Source: Camelus dromedarius (taxonomy: Eukaryota). Taken from it: a stretch of 64,000 nt of DNA. The position numbers and the translations under genes are program-made. The stretch's first letter is position 1, and every line of letters begins with the position of its first letter. The notes under the pieces are model-generated. The model was not told the origin of the DNA and ran no database searches. It saw only the letters and a program-made list of their open reading frames with translations. Positions 49,985-61,750 of the stretch are shown in pieces. The stretch lies in NCBI RefSeq assembly GCF_036321535.1, contig NC_087436.1, positions 115,880,001 to 115,944,000 on the forward strand, written 5' to 3'.

Positions 49985-51436
49985 TGCCCCCCAAATGAGA
50001 CATGTATCAAATTCATGAACCATTAAAGATAATACATAGCAGTTTCTTCAGCATCCACACACAATAATCATTTTAGTAAAATTGAATAAAATCTCTTTTT
50101 AATAAGTTGATTAAAAGACTCATTTTTTGGCTTATACACAAAATATCCTCAGTATATGCTTAAAAGAAGGAACACCTGGATTGTGAAGGCAGTCATTGTT
50201 TTGCTCAGAATTTATTAACACATACAGTTAACTGTGTTTGACAAAATTCAAAATGTTCTTCTTTTGTTTGTTTTTTGATAAAATGTTCTGCTCCCATAGT
50301 GCTTATCACTGTAGAAAACTTGTACTCTGTCGTAGAGGCAGAAAGCTCAATTCAGTAAAGCACGTCTCATTCAACAAAAATTGACTAATTTGACAAAGGA
50401 CATTTTAGAAATGGAAGGGTACAGGGACAGAGTTTGCCTGTAGTGACACAGATTTATTAAAAAAAAATGTTGCAAAAGGAATAATCCTGCAGTTTATAGA
50501 CAGTGTCAGTGGAGATGCTTGATAAAGCAGAAGAGGTCCTTGCACAGAGCCTCCATCCCAGGGGAAGGTGTGTCACCCCTTTGCAGACCTGACCTGGCGC
50601 GTTGCATGGCATTCCTCAAATGAGGCCTCAGTGCCATTCATTTTTCCCTCGTTGTTTCCGGGTTTTGTGCCAACACCAGGTAGCAGGTGAAATTCCTCAT
50701 TATGTTTCCTAATTTTAAGGAATGTAATTCTTAATTTTAATAAGAATGCATCCTGTCCAAATCCTTAGAGCATCTAAATTTATTGCATTCTGGGAGAAAT
50801 TAGAAGTCAATCTTTCTATATTTATTGCCCTGAAAATGAGGCATGTAGCTAGAAGCAATTTTTTTTTTTTTCTGGCAGAAAATAATTTTATGAATACAAT
50901 TCACAGCCTAAATTACTGAAAGAATGAGGATCTATAATTAGTTTTCCAATGCAATTGTTGTTACTGAGAATATAAGTTCCCTTCTTTAAAAAAAAAAAAA
51001 AGTAATTACAGAAATAATTGTGTTGAGAAATGGAGTTGCCTGGCACAGGTAAGATGGCCCCTCTTTCACTGAATGCCAATCACTTGATTTGCTCTTTTGC
51101 TGGAAAGAGTCAAAAAAAGAAAAAAAGAAAAGAAAAGAGAGAGAGAAAGAAAATAAAGAAAAGAAAAAAAAAAACACAAAAGCTACTATATGATACTGTG
51201 TATGGCTCCTTTAGGAAAAAACCTTCAGGAAGGCTTTCAGTTGAAGTTCATTGAAAGTTTAATTGAAGTTATTAAATGACTGCTTTTGGCAAAAAAAAGT
51301 GAGCAGTAGTTTTTGAGTAGTGCGTATTGGCAAAATTTTTTTCTCTCCTTGTTACTAGATTTACCATCTTTGTTTCCAGCCTCCTCATAAAAGTATAAGG
51401 ATGGTTTGATAATCAGAAAAGCTTTATTGTTTGTTT

Positions 51437-51718
51437 GTGTTGGTTTTTTTTCCTTTTTTTTAACTGAATTATAGTCAGTTTACAATGTTGTGTCAATTTC
51501 ACGTGTACAACATAATGTTTTGGTCACATATGTACATACATATATTCATTTTCACATTTTTTTATGATAGGTTACTGCAAGGTATTGAATATAGTTCCCT
51601 GTGCTGTACAGTAGGACCTTGATGTTTATCGATTTTGTGTACAGCAGTACCTGCAAATTTCGAACTCCCAGTTTATCCCTCCCCAACCCTCCCCCCGACC
51701 CCAGTTACCATAAGCTTG
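51437..51718 (-). mobile_element. Cetartiodactyl/camelid L1 3' end with TSD
   Basis: Poly(T) then atagtcagtttacaatgttgtgtcaatttc; TSD attgtttgttt at 51426-51436 and 51719-51729. Confidence 0.92.
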
Positions 51719-52482
51719 ATTGTTTGTTTTAACAAAACACACACAGAAGCTATTAACTGGCAAATTTGTCAAAATTCATGCAAATATATACATAAATGTA
51801 TACATGTATGTGGGCACATGTATATATATGTATATTCGTATGTGTACGTATATATCAGCCACCATGGAAATTAGTAAATGTTCTATTCTTCAAACTGAGA
51901 CAACGATTTCTTCTTCACTCTGACGTTGTTTACTAGGAGGCTAAACCCTTTTTCTTCTTCCACAAATCATTCTTTTAGGTAGAAGATATTTTTTAACTTC
52001 AGTTCTTACACTACCAAAGCATATTTCACCATCAGACTGTGCTAAACATTCACAGTTACAGAGTTCCTGAACATCTATTTGTGTATGAATAATTCAACGT
52101 ACCTTTGAAGAAATACTCATGAATGGTTAATGAACAAGAAAAGACTTGTGCTGAGTAAATCTAAAAGATGGATGGGGGGATTCTCCGTTTCCTCATAGGC
52201 TTGAATCCAATGATCAATCAGAAACTGATGTAAAGAATGTGATACAGGAGACCTGTGAGGGGGGTCCTCTTCTACCCACCCACTTTGGTTTGTGAGGTAA
52301 GAGAGGTGTGCAGTTAACCATAAACACATGTCTATTTCCATGTCCAGCTTCAGACCCATTATCAATTTCGTCTTAAAGGAATGCAGAATTAGGGATTTAC
52401 TGTGAAGAAATGTGAAAGAAAATACTCCAGTACAAGGACTAAAAGTCAGTTGTTTAATTTTATTTGAAAAATCACTTTCAAA

Positions 52483-52693
52483 ATGTAGAATAGATAAACA
52501 AGATTGTACTGTGTAGCACAGGGAAATATATACAGGATCTTGTGGTGGCTCACAGCGATAGAGAATGTGACAATGAATGTATGTATGTTCGTGTATAACT
52601 GAAAAATTGTGCTCTATGCTGGAATTTGACACAACATTGTAAAATGACTATAACTCAATAAAAAATAAAAAAATGACTATAACTCAAAAAAAA
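52483..52693 (+). mobile_element. Young camelid-type L1 3' end with a duplicated terminus
   Basis: Aligns without gaps to about 11559-11742; A-tail. Confidence 0.92.
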
Positions 52694-53197
52694 CTTTGTA
52701 AAAGTTCCATTAATCTCAGAGTCAACCTCCACAGTACTGGTGGTCCCAGGGTCTGTCAGGCTGTATGTGCCCAAAAATGTTTGTACAGTTGAACCTAGAG
52801 TTAACAATTAGTGACACATGCCTTTTTTCTTCCTTTTCACTCCAACTACAAATTGGCTGAGCTGATTATAAACTCAGGTCTTTGCAGTTTCCCACTGAAA
52901 CCCACTGACTTTCATAAATGTTCTTATTCACAGCCTTACAAAGTTATCTTCCATGCATTATCGAATCATGTTTACGGTAACATCTGAGGTACGTATTAAC
53001 CTAGCATTGTTTTTTAAATTATATACATAAAGCTCAGATAGATTTTCTCAGTCATTAATTGGTAACACTGAATTTGAAACCAGCTATCTTTGATTCTAAA
53101 TCAATTCATATAAATAACTTCTTAGAGGCAATTTCCTTGTAAGTGGATGAAATACGTATCAATTTCCTGGCATCATTTAGAAGATATATAATAGATG

Positions 53198-53198
<1 letters not shown>

Positions 53199-53228
<30 letters not shown>
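53199..53228. repeat. (TG)15 microsatellite
   Basis: Perfect dinucleotide run. Confidence 0.97.
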
Positions 53229-53231
<3 letters not shown>

Positions 53232-53787
53232 CTTATAGCAAGGAAGAGTGGGATTCTGGATAATAAGGAGTTACATATACCAGAATTCCAGGTTAATCAA
53301 CAAAGTATCTTAGTTAATATAAAAAAATAATCAAAGGAGTAACTTAGTTAGATACCCTGTTTAGAGGTTATTACTTTATTACCAGAGAATTGGAGAGGGT
53401 ATTAACCCCTGCTCTAAGGCAGTGCCTCCCTACGTGGTTGTAAGTCAGGAAATCCACAGAATCATAGTGAAATGGACAGCAGAGAGATTTTGATCCCAGT
53501 TGTGACATTCTGCAGGGGATAGAACGGAGGGGTGGGACATTGGAGGTGACACGGGAAACAGATGGTTTATGGATAATGAGGGTGAGATTTCCCATCAGCA
53601 CCAAGCCCTGAAAGTGTTCTTTTTTTCTAACTGAAGGGGAGGGGGGTCTCGTAACCCCCCCCCAGAAGAAATTTTGCAGAAAGCAATCTCCAAATTTTTG
53701 CAGGAGGCATGTTCACACGAAAGGATTGTCACAACTTCATTATTTCCAGAATGCATGAGATAGCAAATAAAAATAACAAATCATAAC

Positions 53788-54288
53788 TGTGATAGATTAC
53801 AAAATGGCTACAAAATCTCCGTGTGTGTGTGTGTATACACCCTACTTTGTTATGTGACAGAGTGGACTGTATTTTTCCACCCTGTGAAATGGAATTGGCC
53901 GTGTCTCTTGCTTGGGCAAACAGGCTATTAGCCAAATGCCTCAGGCAGAAGTTTACAAGCTCTTGTGATTAGGGCGTGCCCGCTTGCTGTTCTGGGAATC
54001 CTAAGGTTGCCATATGAAAGCACAAGCTAGCTTGTGGGAGCCACTTGGAGAAGAACCAAGGCGTCCCACTGACAGGCAACCAGCTGCCAGAAACACCAGT
54101 GAGACCATCCCAAGTCCAGAAACCAGCTTGTCTCACAGCTGACGACCGATGCATGAGAGAGTCCAGCAGAGTTCAGAGCAGATGAGACATCCATCCTGCC
54201 CACGGTATTGTAAGATAGATACGATGACAATTGTTTCACACCTCTAGTTGTGGGGCAGTTTTACTGCAGTCTCAGCTAAACACACGCA
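53788..54288 (+). mobile_element. MaLR solo LTR (MLT1F/G-like)
   Basis: tgtgatagattacaaaatggctacaaa...gccagaaacaccagtgagaccatc...ctagttgtggggcagtttt. Confidence 0.8.
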
Positions 54289-54459
54289 GCTCTGAACGTA
54301 TCACCCATGAAGAATGAGCCAGCAAAGCAGAATTTCTCAGTCCTTTAGAAATGTCTCAGAAATCACAGGCAGAATGATTGAGAAAATATTGTCCTTGACT
54401 AGGATACTGCAGTTGGGCCCAGTAGGTCTGCTCCTTGTGGTGGGCAAAATCACATCACA

Positions 54460-54640
54460 TATCAGAAAGGGCTGAATGCAAACCCAGACTCTGTGCCTTG
54501 TAGTAGAGAGAGGCTCCCTGACCTTGCTGAGATTCAGGGATTTTTACCTATAAAATGGAATTAAAAACCTTTTTGCTTATAATGTGAATTACTCAGCATG
54601 TCATCTGACACATTGTAGGTGCTCAATAAAATAATGGCAG
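54460..54640 (+). mobile_element. MIR
   Basis: cctataaaatggaa...tctgacacattgtaggtgctcaataaa. Confidence 0.65.
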
Positions 54641-55260
54641 CTTTAGTTTTGGTGATGATAATAACACAGGTAGGTATCTTGCATCCACACCCAGCTGATC
54701 CTTGCATGAGCTGCTTGGGTAAAATTTGGGGTCAAAGGCCACAACAGGATGCTTGCTGCACATTTGCTGTATCTGCTCTGCTAGGGGAAAGAGTTTGACG
54801 AGGACCAGCCTGGGACGGCCTGGGGCCATGGAGTAGGAGACTGTGAAATGAAAAAAGGAAATAAGAAAACATGGCTGATGATTTAATGAGGGCGAGGCAC
54901 TTGTTATTAACACCAGAAATGCACTGAAGCAATGTTTGTTTTTTCAACAGTGTGGAAACGTTCCTCAGTGTAGGTGTGTATAGATCTAGGAATAGAGACA
55001 CTGAAAAAATGTTATTCTAATATTTTTGTTTGCATCCTTCCAAAGGATTTTCTTGTTTTCCAGATTTCACATTTGGGGATGAATTTAATATAATGAAGTA
55101 ATATTTCTTAAAGAAGTAAACTACATTCATGGATAGATTGATCCTAAATATTTACTTTTAATGAAAAAGCATTTTTAAAAGTTAAATACACAAGTAAGTA
55201 AATAAACTATACATTTTCTATCACGTATATAGTTAAAGTTAAAAAAAAAATCATTCAAGA

Positions 55261-56620
55261 GACTTCTGTTCCTAACAAAATGATGATCTAGACATCTTAA
55301 AAAAAAAGAACAGTTTCTTGCTTAAAATATATATATATATTTGAAAATTATAAGAAAAATATTTTTAAAACTTATTCAAATAAATAAACAAAATTGCAAG
55401 AAAATTCTGGAAATCCTTAGGGCTCAAAATGAGTAGAAAGTTTGAACCCTGAGTGATGAATTGTCAGGGAAGCTGGTTGCTGTTCTAAGTCATTGTCTAA
55501 TCCTGGTAATTTGGAGGCTCCTACTGAATGCAATATATACTAAGAACAGAGGCAAGGCTGGAGCCTGCAAAAAAGTGAGCAGTTGGAACAGAAATGCTGC
55601 ATTAGACGAGGACGTTATGGGGCCACATCTTCAGTGAATTCAGAGATGAGAAAAAAATCCACCTCAGTGCCATATGACTTGCCCTTGGGAGTGAGTTAAA
55701 AAAAAATCTTCTTAGCTCTCATGAAGGAAAATTTTTCAAACTTTTGGAAAAAATTATGATATTATTATGTGAGTAAGACTTCATAAATAAGTACTATAAT
55801 ACATGAAGTAGTAAGAAAAAGACTGATAAATTTAATTACACAAGTTATAAAAACTTACTTTACTTGATGAAAATATTCCATTCACAAAAATAGTGGAGAA
55901 AAAAAAAAAGATCTGGAATAGTTACTTATTACATGTATAACCTTTATAAAGAATTCCTGGAATCAGTAAGAAAAACAAAACAAGCTCCCTAATAAAAAAA
56001 AATATGGCCAAAGATACAAACATATGTGCTGAAAAATGAAAACACATTAGCCAAAAAAAGAAAAAAAATACAGCAAAGATGATTAATGTCATTAGTAATC
56101 TGGGAAAAATCTAGGAATTTTTAAGTAAGCTTAAAACCCACAATGAGATACCATTTTATGCGTCTTTAATTGGCAAAACATTTAAAAGTCTGACAACTGC
56201 AAGTTTAGGCTGTGAAACAACCATGCACCAGTGGTGTGAGTATAAGTTGGTACAACTGCTTTGCAGAACAATTCAGTGACATCTATACAAGTTGAAGATG
56301 CAAGTATACCATGACCCAGTAATTTCCCTTCCACAAAAACTGCCTGGTGTGTCAGCAGAGATGTATGCAAGAATGCCCTTGTGTATCTATATTGTTTGTA
56401 ATAATAAACTTGAATATACACAGTGTTAAAACAGAGCAAAAACTGTGGAATAGACACAAAAAGGAATACTATACAGCAGTAAAGTAATTAATTAGATCTA
56501 TATGCATCGAATGCATTTATCTTATAAACAAAATTTTGAGTGAAAAAGGCAAGCTATAGAGTAAAATTCAGGATGACATTTAAAGTTTAAAACAATGTAA
56601 ACCTGAACAATATATCATTT
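55261..56620 (+). mobile_element. Old L1ME-like element: putative 5' UTR joined to the ORF2 C-terminus and 3' UTR
   Basis: 5'-like start gacttctgttcctaacaaaatgatg; cacaatgagataccatttta...ggtacaactgctttg...catgacccagtaatt at 56130-56330. Confidence 0.75.
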
Positions 56621-56892
56621 TAAAAACAGATAGAAAGTGACAGCTCATGTTTTTTTCCCAGGGGTTATACCTTCTTGGAGGGAAAAAAAAAGTTTTATTT
56701 CTTAAGTGGTGGTGACACACACATATATTTATAATATTTTCCTTCATAAAGATTTCATACTTGTGAAATAATGCATAGTCAAATTTTTAAGAGTGAACTT
56801 TAAAGGCACACACCAGTTATACCAAATTCACGCCAGTCATTCACCCTGGGGAAGGGGAAAGAGCCAGGTCTGCAGGTATCAGGGAAAGAAAT

Positions 56893-57050
56893 TTTAAAAA
56901 AAATTATTGATGTGTAATTGACATAGAACTTTACATCCATTTCAGATGCACAACATAAGGATTCAATATTTGTATATACTGTGAAACAATCTTGACAATA
57001 AGTCCAGTTAACATCTGTCACCATACAGAGCTACAAAATGCCTTTTTTTC
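56893..57050 (-). mobile_element. L1MA9-like 3' terminus
   Basis: ttattgatgtgtaattgacata...agttaacatctgtcaccataca; antisense homologue of 30100-30260. Confidence 0.8.
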
Positions 57051-57059
57051 CTACTTGGT

Positions 57060-57640
57060 ATGCATGATTTTTCCTTGTTGTCATTCACATCGGGGCACAA
57101 GTGTCAACCTTTCAATAGTCCTGCACTGAGCACCCATCTAAACCAACTGCCCAAGCGTTGCCTGTGGTATTGCCTCATTTTATTTATCCCCATGGCCCTT
57201 ATCAATGTTACACTGATTTGTGTAAGAATTTATTGTCTCTCCCTCTAGAAAGTAAAATCACATCTGTAACCGTGACCATCTGCCTGGGTTTTCTGTTCAA
57301 GAACTCCAAACGTGTTTACTCATTGGATACTCAGTACGGCTCTTTAAGGTAGGTGCCATCATTGTCCCCATTATATAGATGAGAAAGACTGAGTCACAGA
57401 GAGGCTCAGTTACTGCTGGAGATCCCACAGCGAGTAACCACCCTGGCCGAGACTTGCACTTGGACAGACTGACTCCAGATCCTTCGCCTGACCCTCCACT
57501 CCGCTCACCCCTCTCTGTGCAAAAAGGTGCTGACCTTGTGTTTCTCTAATTTCTTCTCTCTAGCCCTGCCACTTAAAACGGTGTTTGACACACGGTGCTC
57601 CTTTAAGCAACTTTGAATAAACAAATAAATGAATGAATTT
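57060..57640 (+). mobile_element. L2 3' end split by an antisense MIR (about 57300-57500)
   Basis: ttattgtctctccctctagaaagtaaa; MIR core cccattatatagatgagaaagactgagtcacagagagg; L2 tail aataaatgaatgaa. Confidence 0.7.
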
Positions 57641-57719
57641 GTAAGAAAATCCATGTTTATATTGCTTTTTTCATACACACATACACAATATAGAAAGCAG
57701 AATGCCGTGTGGCCTAAAT

Positions 57720-57850
57720 GCTCAGCAACCTAAATTTACCTGCTCTGTGTTTCAGTTTTTTCATCTGTAAAATGGGAATAATAATGGAACCTATAACATA
57801 AATTGGTAAGGATTAAATAATTTAATATATAGAAATGTTTAGAACAAGGA
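57720..57850 (+). mobile_element. MIR core
   Basis: ctctgtgtttcagttttttcatctgtaaaatgggaataataatggaaccta. Confidence 0.85.
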
Positions 57851-59269
57851 CTGTGTGTATATGTATGTATGTATATATACACATATATACATATATAACT
57901 TTATAATATATATTATAAATTATTTTATGATATACTTATATATTATATATAATTTCTTAATAAATGTTAGGTATGATAATGAATGAGATAAATCTAGACA
58001 GTTGGAAAGCAAATGTTTTCTTTGTACTTTTCTTTCTTTACCAAATCTCCAAATACATAAATGCATTATCTGAATGTAATCATCTATTTTTCTATCTATA
58101 TCTGTGTGTAACCCCTTCAGGCATTTTTGAGGAGAAACACCTAGACTGGCTGGGCCCCATTCATGTTATTGTCACTTTACTGGCTCCAACTACATACAGC
58201 CACTCTGCATCCACTCCACGAAACAGCGTCTCATGCAGGAACTGTTAACCGGGAGCCTGCAGCCTGCCAGGGTCCCTCTCAGCAGCAGGGGGACGAGGTA
58301 GGGGCATAACCCCAGCCACCCAGATATTCAAATTCTGCTGGAGCGAGGAGAAGGAATGGCAAACAAACCAGTAAGAAACAGCATGCTGGGCTCTACAGCA
58401 GACAGGACACGCCGGCTCAGCCTGGAGAGTCACCGAGACCTCGGATGGCCGGGGGTTCCCAAGTGCAGGGACAGTCTGGCTCAGGACTGGAACACTGGGT
58501 TCAAAGACTTGATCTAGCAGGATGTTGGGAAGAGAAGCCTGTTCTTTTATTCTCAAAATCCAGCAGAATTCTAATAAGAAGTGTCTGCACTAAAAGTAGA
58601 TCTCTACCTAATGTTGCTCTGTTTCTGATTCCTTACATTAAACCTGCAACACTGCAAGTGTTATTATACCCAGAGAGGTTAAGGAACTTTCCTGGGATCA
58701 CACAGCTGATAAGAAGAGAAGCTCCAGAATCCAAGTCTGAAGATCAGAGGCAGATGATGCTGTGCCAAGTATTAGCAGATGTCTTTGAGCAAGTGATTCG
58801 CTTCTCAGTTTGCGGATCTAAAATGTTGTCCTGGTAAACGCAATTTGCATTATTCCTATGGGGACTAATAAGATGGTTCCTGTGACAGTGCTTTATAAAC
58901 TATACAGGGCTTTAAAATCAAGCAATGCTTAATTACAGCAATTTTAATAGTGTAATTGTTACAGAATTATTATTATCAATAAGTATCATATTATTATTGT
59001 TACATGTTATCTAGGATTAAGATGATAACTAGGCTAAGAAATGAAACAGAGTGGAAATAGGTACTTTTTTAGAACCCATTTTCTGTTTTTAATTATTGCC
59101 AGAAGTACAACCCCCAGCCCAGGCCTTGTCCTCCAGGACAAGGAGAAAGGATTTCGGGTCAGCCATGTTGTCCTGAGATCTCTCCAAGAATAGGAGTTGG
59201 TCTCAACCTGTGGAAGACCATACTGAACCGGACTCCACCCAGTTCCAGAAACACTTTGTTCTTTTCGAT

Positions 59270-59930
59270 ATGTATGTATCTGTTTTCTATTTTCATAATT
59301 TTTATTATTATAAACCAGGAACACTGTTATTGTTTATCCCCCATAGACAAACTCTGTTAGCATCTTGGTGAAAACATGTACTTATCTTTTATAAAGACAG
59401 AGATCATAATTGCTACACTGTTCTAGAACATGGATTTTCTTTTAATTTATTAAATCATGTGTACATTTTTCTCACATCACTTAATATTATATATTATTTC
59501 ATTAGAGAAATGTACCATAGTTGGCATAATTGCTTTCTTGATCAATTTGAAAATTTTGATTGCTTATAATTGTAAATCATAAAATGATTCCTTAATAATG
59601 TTTATTCTCCATATGTAGCTTGCAATTTCCTTAGAGTAAATTCCTAGATGTATATACAGCAGGTCAAAAACACATTCATCCATACAGCCTTGGGTATAAC
59701 TTTCCAAAAAGCGTTACTGAAAGGCTAAACCAGTGTAAACTCCTAGCAGACATTTGTGAGAATTCCCATCACCTCTCACTTTTGCGGAACTGGAGAATTT
59801 TAAAATAAAAATTGTTGTTTTAAAAAATGCCCCTTTATTTTAATTTGTGTTTAAAAAATTAATAGTGTGGTTAAGACCTTTTTACAATGTGCTTGCCATT
59901 GAATTTGGGGTTTTGTATGTCATGTTTTCA
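59270..59930 (-). mobile_element. L1ME-type 3' region
   Basis: atttccttagagtaaattcctaga...gtaaactcctagcagacatttgtgagaattccca. Confidence 0.7.
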
Positions 59931-60891
59931 GAAATCCAGACTGCATTGTCTATGAGGCTTCGCACATGCTGTACCATAAGTCAGCCAAGTTCTCTGTCCC
60001 CAGAAACAATCTTTAATCTCTGCTGACTCATACCTGTGCTTTCCTTTTCTTCTAATCTGCCCTGCTGAAGGGCACACAAGTGTTAGTGTTAGCCTAATCA
60101 ACCAAACTCTTGGTGTATCTTCATTTCGCTCTAAGCAGGCACCAAATCTTGATCATTCTAGCCCTTACCTATCTCTCATATCCGCTCCTTCTAGACCCAT
60201 TCCCACTAACACCATTTGGAACAGTCACTGATCAGTTCTCACAGGCATTTTCAGTAGCTTCCTAAGAGGAATCACAGCTTCAGATTCATTCCTGCAAACT
60301 GCCCGTCCCTCTTCTGCTGGTATGCTCACAGTGGATTTCCATAACCTCCTCTGTGTACTCCTATGGAAGCTTTTATGTTCATACTTGATATTAATTTTTC
60401 AGTGAGTTGCAGATGCCTATCACTGGTTTAGGTGACACGATTTTAGTTGACACATGGATAGACCCCATTTTTATTTCACTACTTATGCATATTTATTTTA
60501 ATGCAACAGAAATGGTATTATATGCCCAATAAATGATAGCATGTATTATTCATAAATGTTGTATGAATAAAATGGCATAAAAATTTAACAAGCAAGTAAT
60601 TGTAAGGTTGCCTGGTGATTATGTCCAAAATAAGCTCCAAGAAGAAATACTGGTGACTGAAGTCTGTGAAGCACTGTCTCCTGCCATAGGCTCATTGTAT
60701 TATGGCCACACTCAGGGATGAATTCCCTGCCAGGTAGTGAACCCCAAGGTACAGGGACTCCCTTGCTGTTTTCCTTATCCCAGGAGTATCCACAGTTCAT
60801 TAAATAGTGCATTCTGTACTGCACAAAGCTCAACTCTGGAAGAAGAAAAATAATCAGCTGTTGGCCAGGGTCCTAGCTTTCATATTTCTTC

Positions 60892-61200
60892 ATGTTAATC
60901 AAGATCCTTCAGTAGTAAGTGGCAGAGCAGAAAGGGCTCAAGCTGGTTTTAGCCCACAGGAAAATTTTACCCCATGTGAATGAAATAAAAACCAATGGTA
61001 CCCCGGGCTCAGTGGTGGCTGAATCCAGATGCTCCAATGATGTCGATGGGGATCAGTCACTTCTCTCTCTTTGTATGGTTTAGGCTTTTAAAAAAAATGT
61101 TGTTTGTGTGTATTGGTTTTTATCTCATGCAGCCTTTTTGAATATAATTCTGCAGCTCCAGGTTTATTTTATTGGAACACTGAATAATCAGGCGAGAAAA
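60892..61200 (-). mobile_element. Old MaLR LTR (MLT1J/K/L-like)
   Basis: tgttaatcaagatccttcagtagtaagtggcaga...ggctgaatccagatgctccaatgatgtc. Confidence 0.6.
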
Positions 61201-61324
61201 CACCGATTTCAATAGCTTCTGGTACTGAGGTGGTATAGAGACCTTCAAATAGACGATCCATTTGAAATTGGGTCCTAGTATCTCCAGGTCAGCTATTTAT
61301 TGAGTGTTTATTTTGTTGTTTCTT

Positions 61325-61750
61325 TACTCAACACACATTTATTGAGCACCTAATATGTATTAGACATTCTGATGCAAAGATTCATCACACCCAACTCCTG
61401 TGTCCAAGTCCATCATGGGATGCAAACGAGTATATGAAAGCATGACATTACAGAGTTGAAAGTACCATGTTAGGACATGCGCCATGCTATAGATGTAGGA
61501 AGGCAGGGCATCTAAATCGGTCTCAGGAGGTCAGGAAAAGCTTAAGGACATGTTGAAGTTACGCAGATAATGAAACTTCAGAACTTGACCGGATTTAGTT
61601 GTTATTTTGTGATGGTGTTGTCCGTGCTCATTGCTGCCACTGTTGGTTTTATTAGAGTCCAGGAGGTCTCTGTGGGTAACTTCCATATCCAAAGGCATGG
61701 TTCTGCCTTGAAGGCTTGTTTGTCCTTTCACCAATGGAAAACGGTATTTG
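61325..61750 (-). mobile_element. L2 3' end
   Basis: tcaacacacatttattgagcacctaatatgt...tcaggaggtcaggaaaagctt. Confidence 0.75.

Noticed and set aside
57850..57965. AT-rich quasi-palindromic tract
   Set aside because: It is ordinary decayed (TA)n low-complexity sequence at the end of a MIR.
58277..58297. CTCF-like motif cagcagcagggggacg (similar ones near 3845 and 19310)
   Set aside because: Each mismatches strongly conserved core positions and cannot be supported without a PWM scan or ChIP data.
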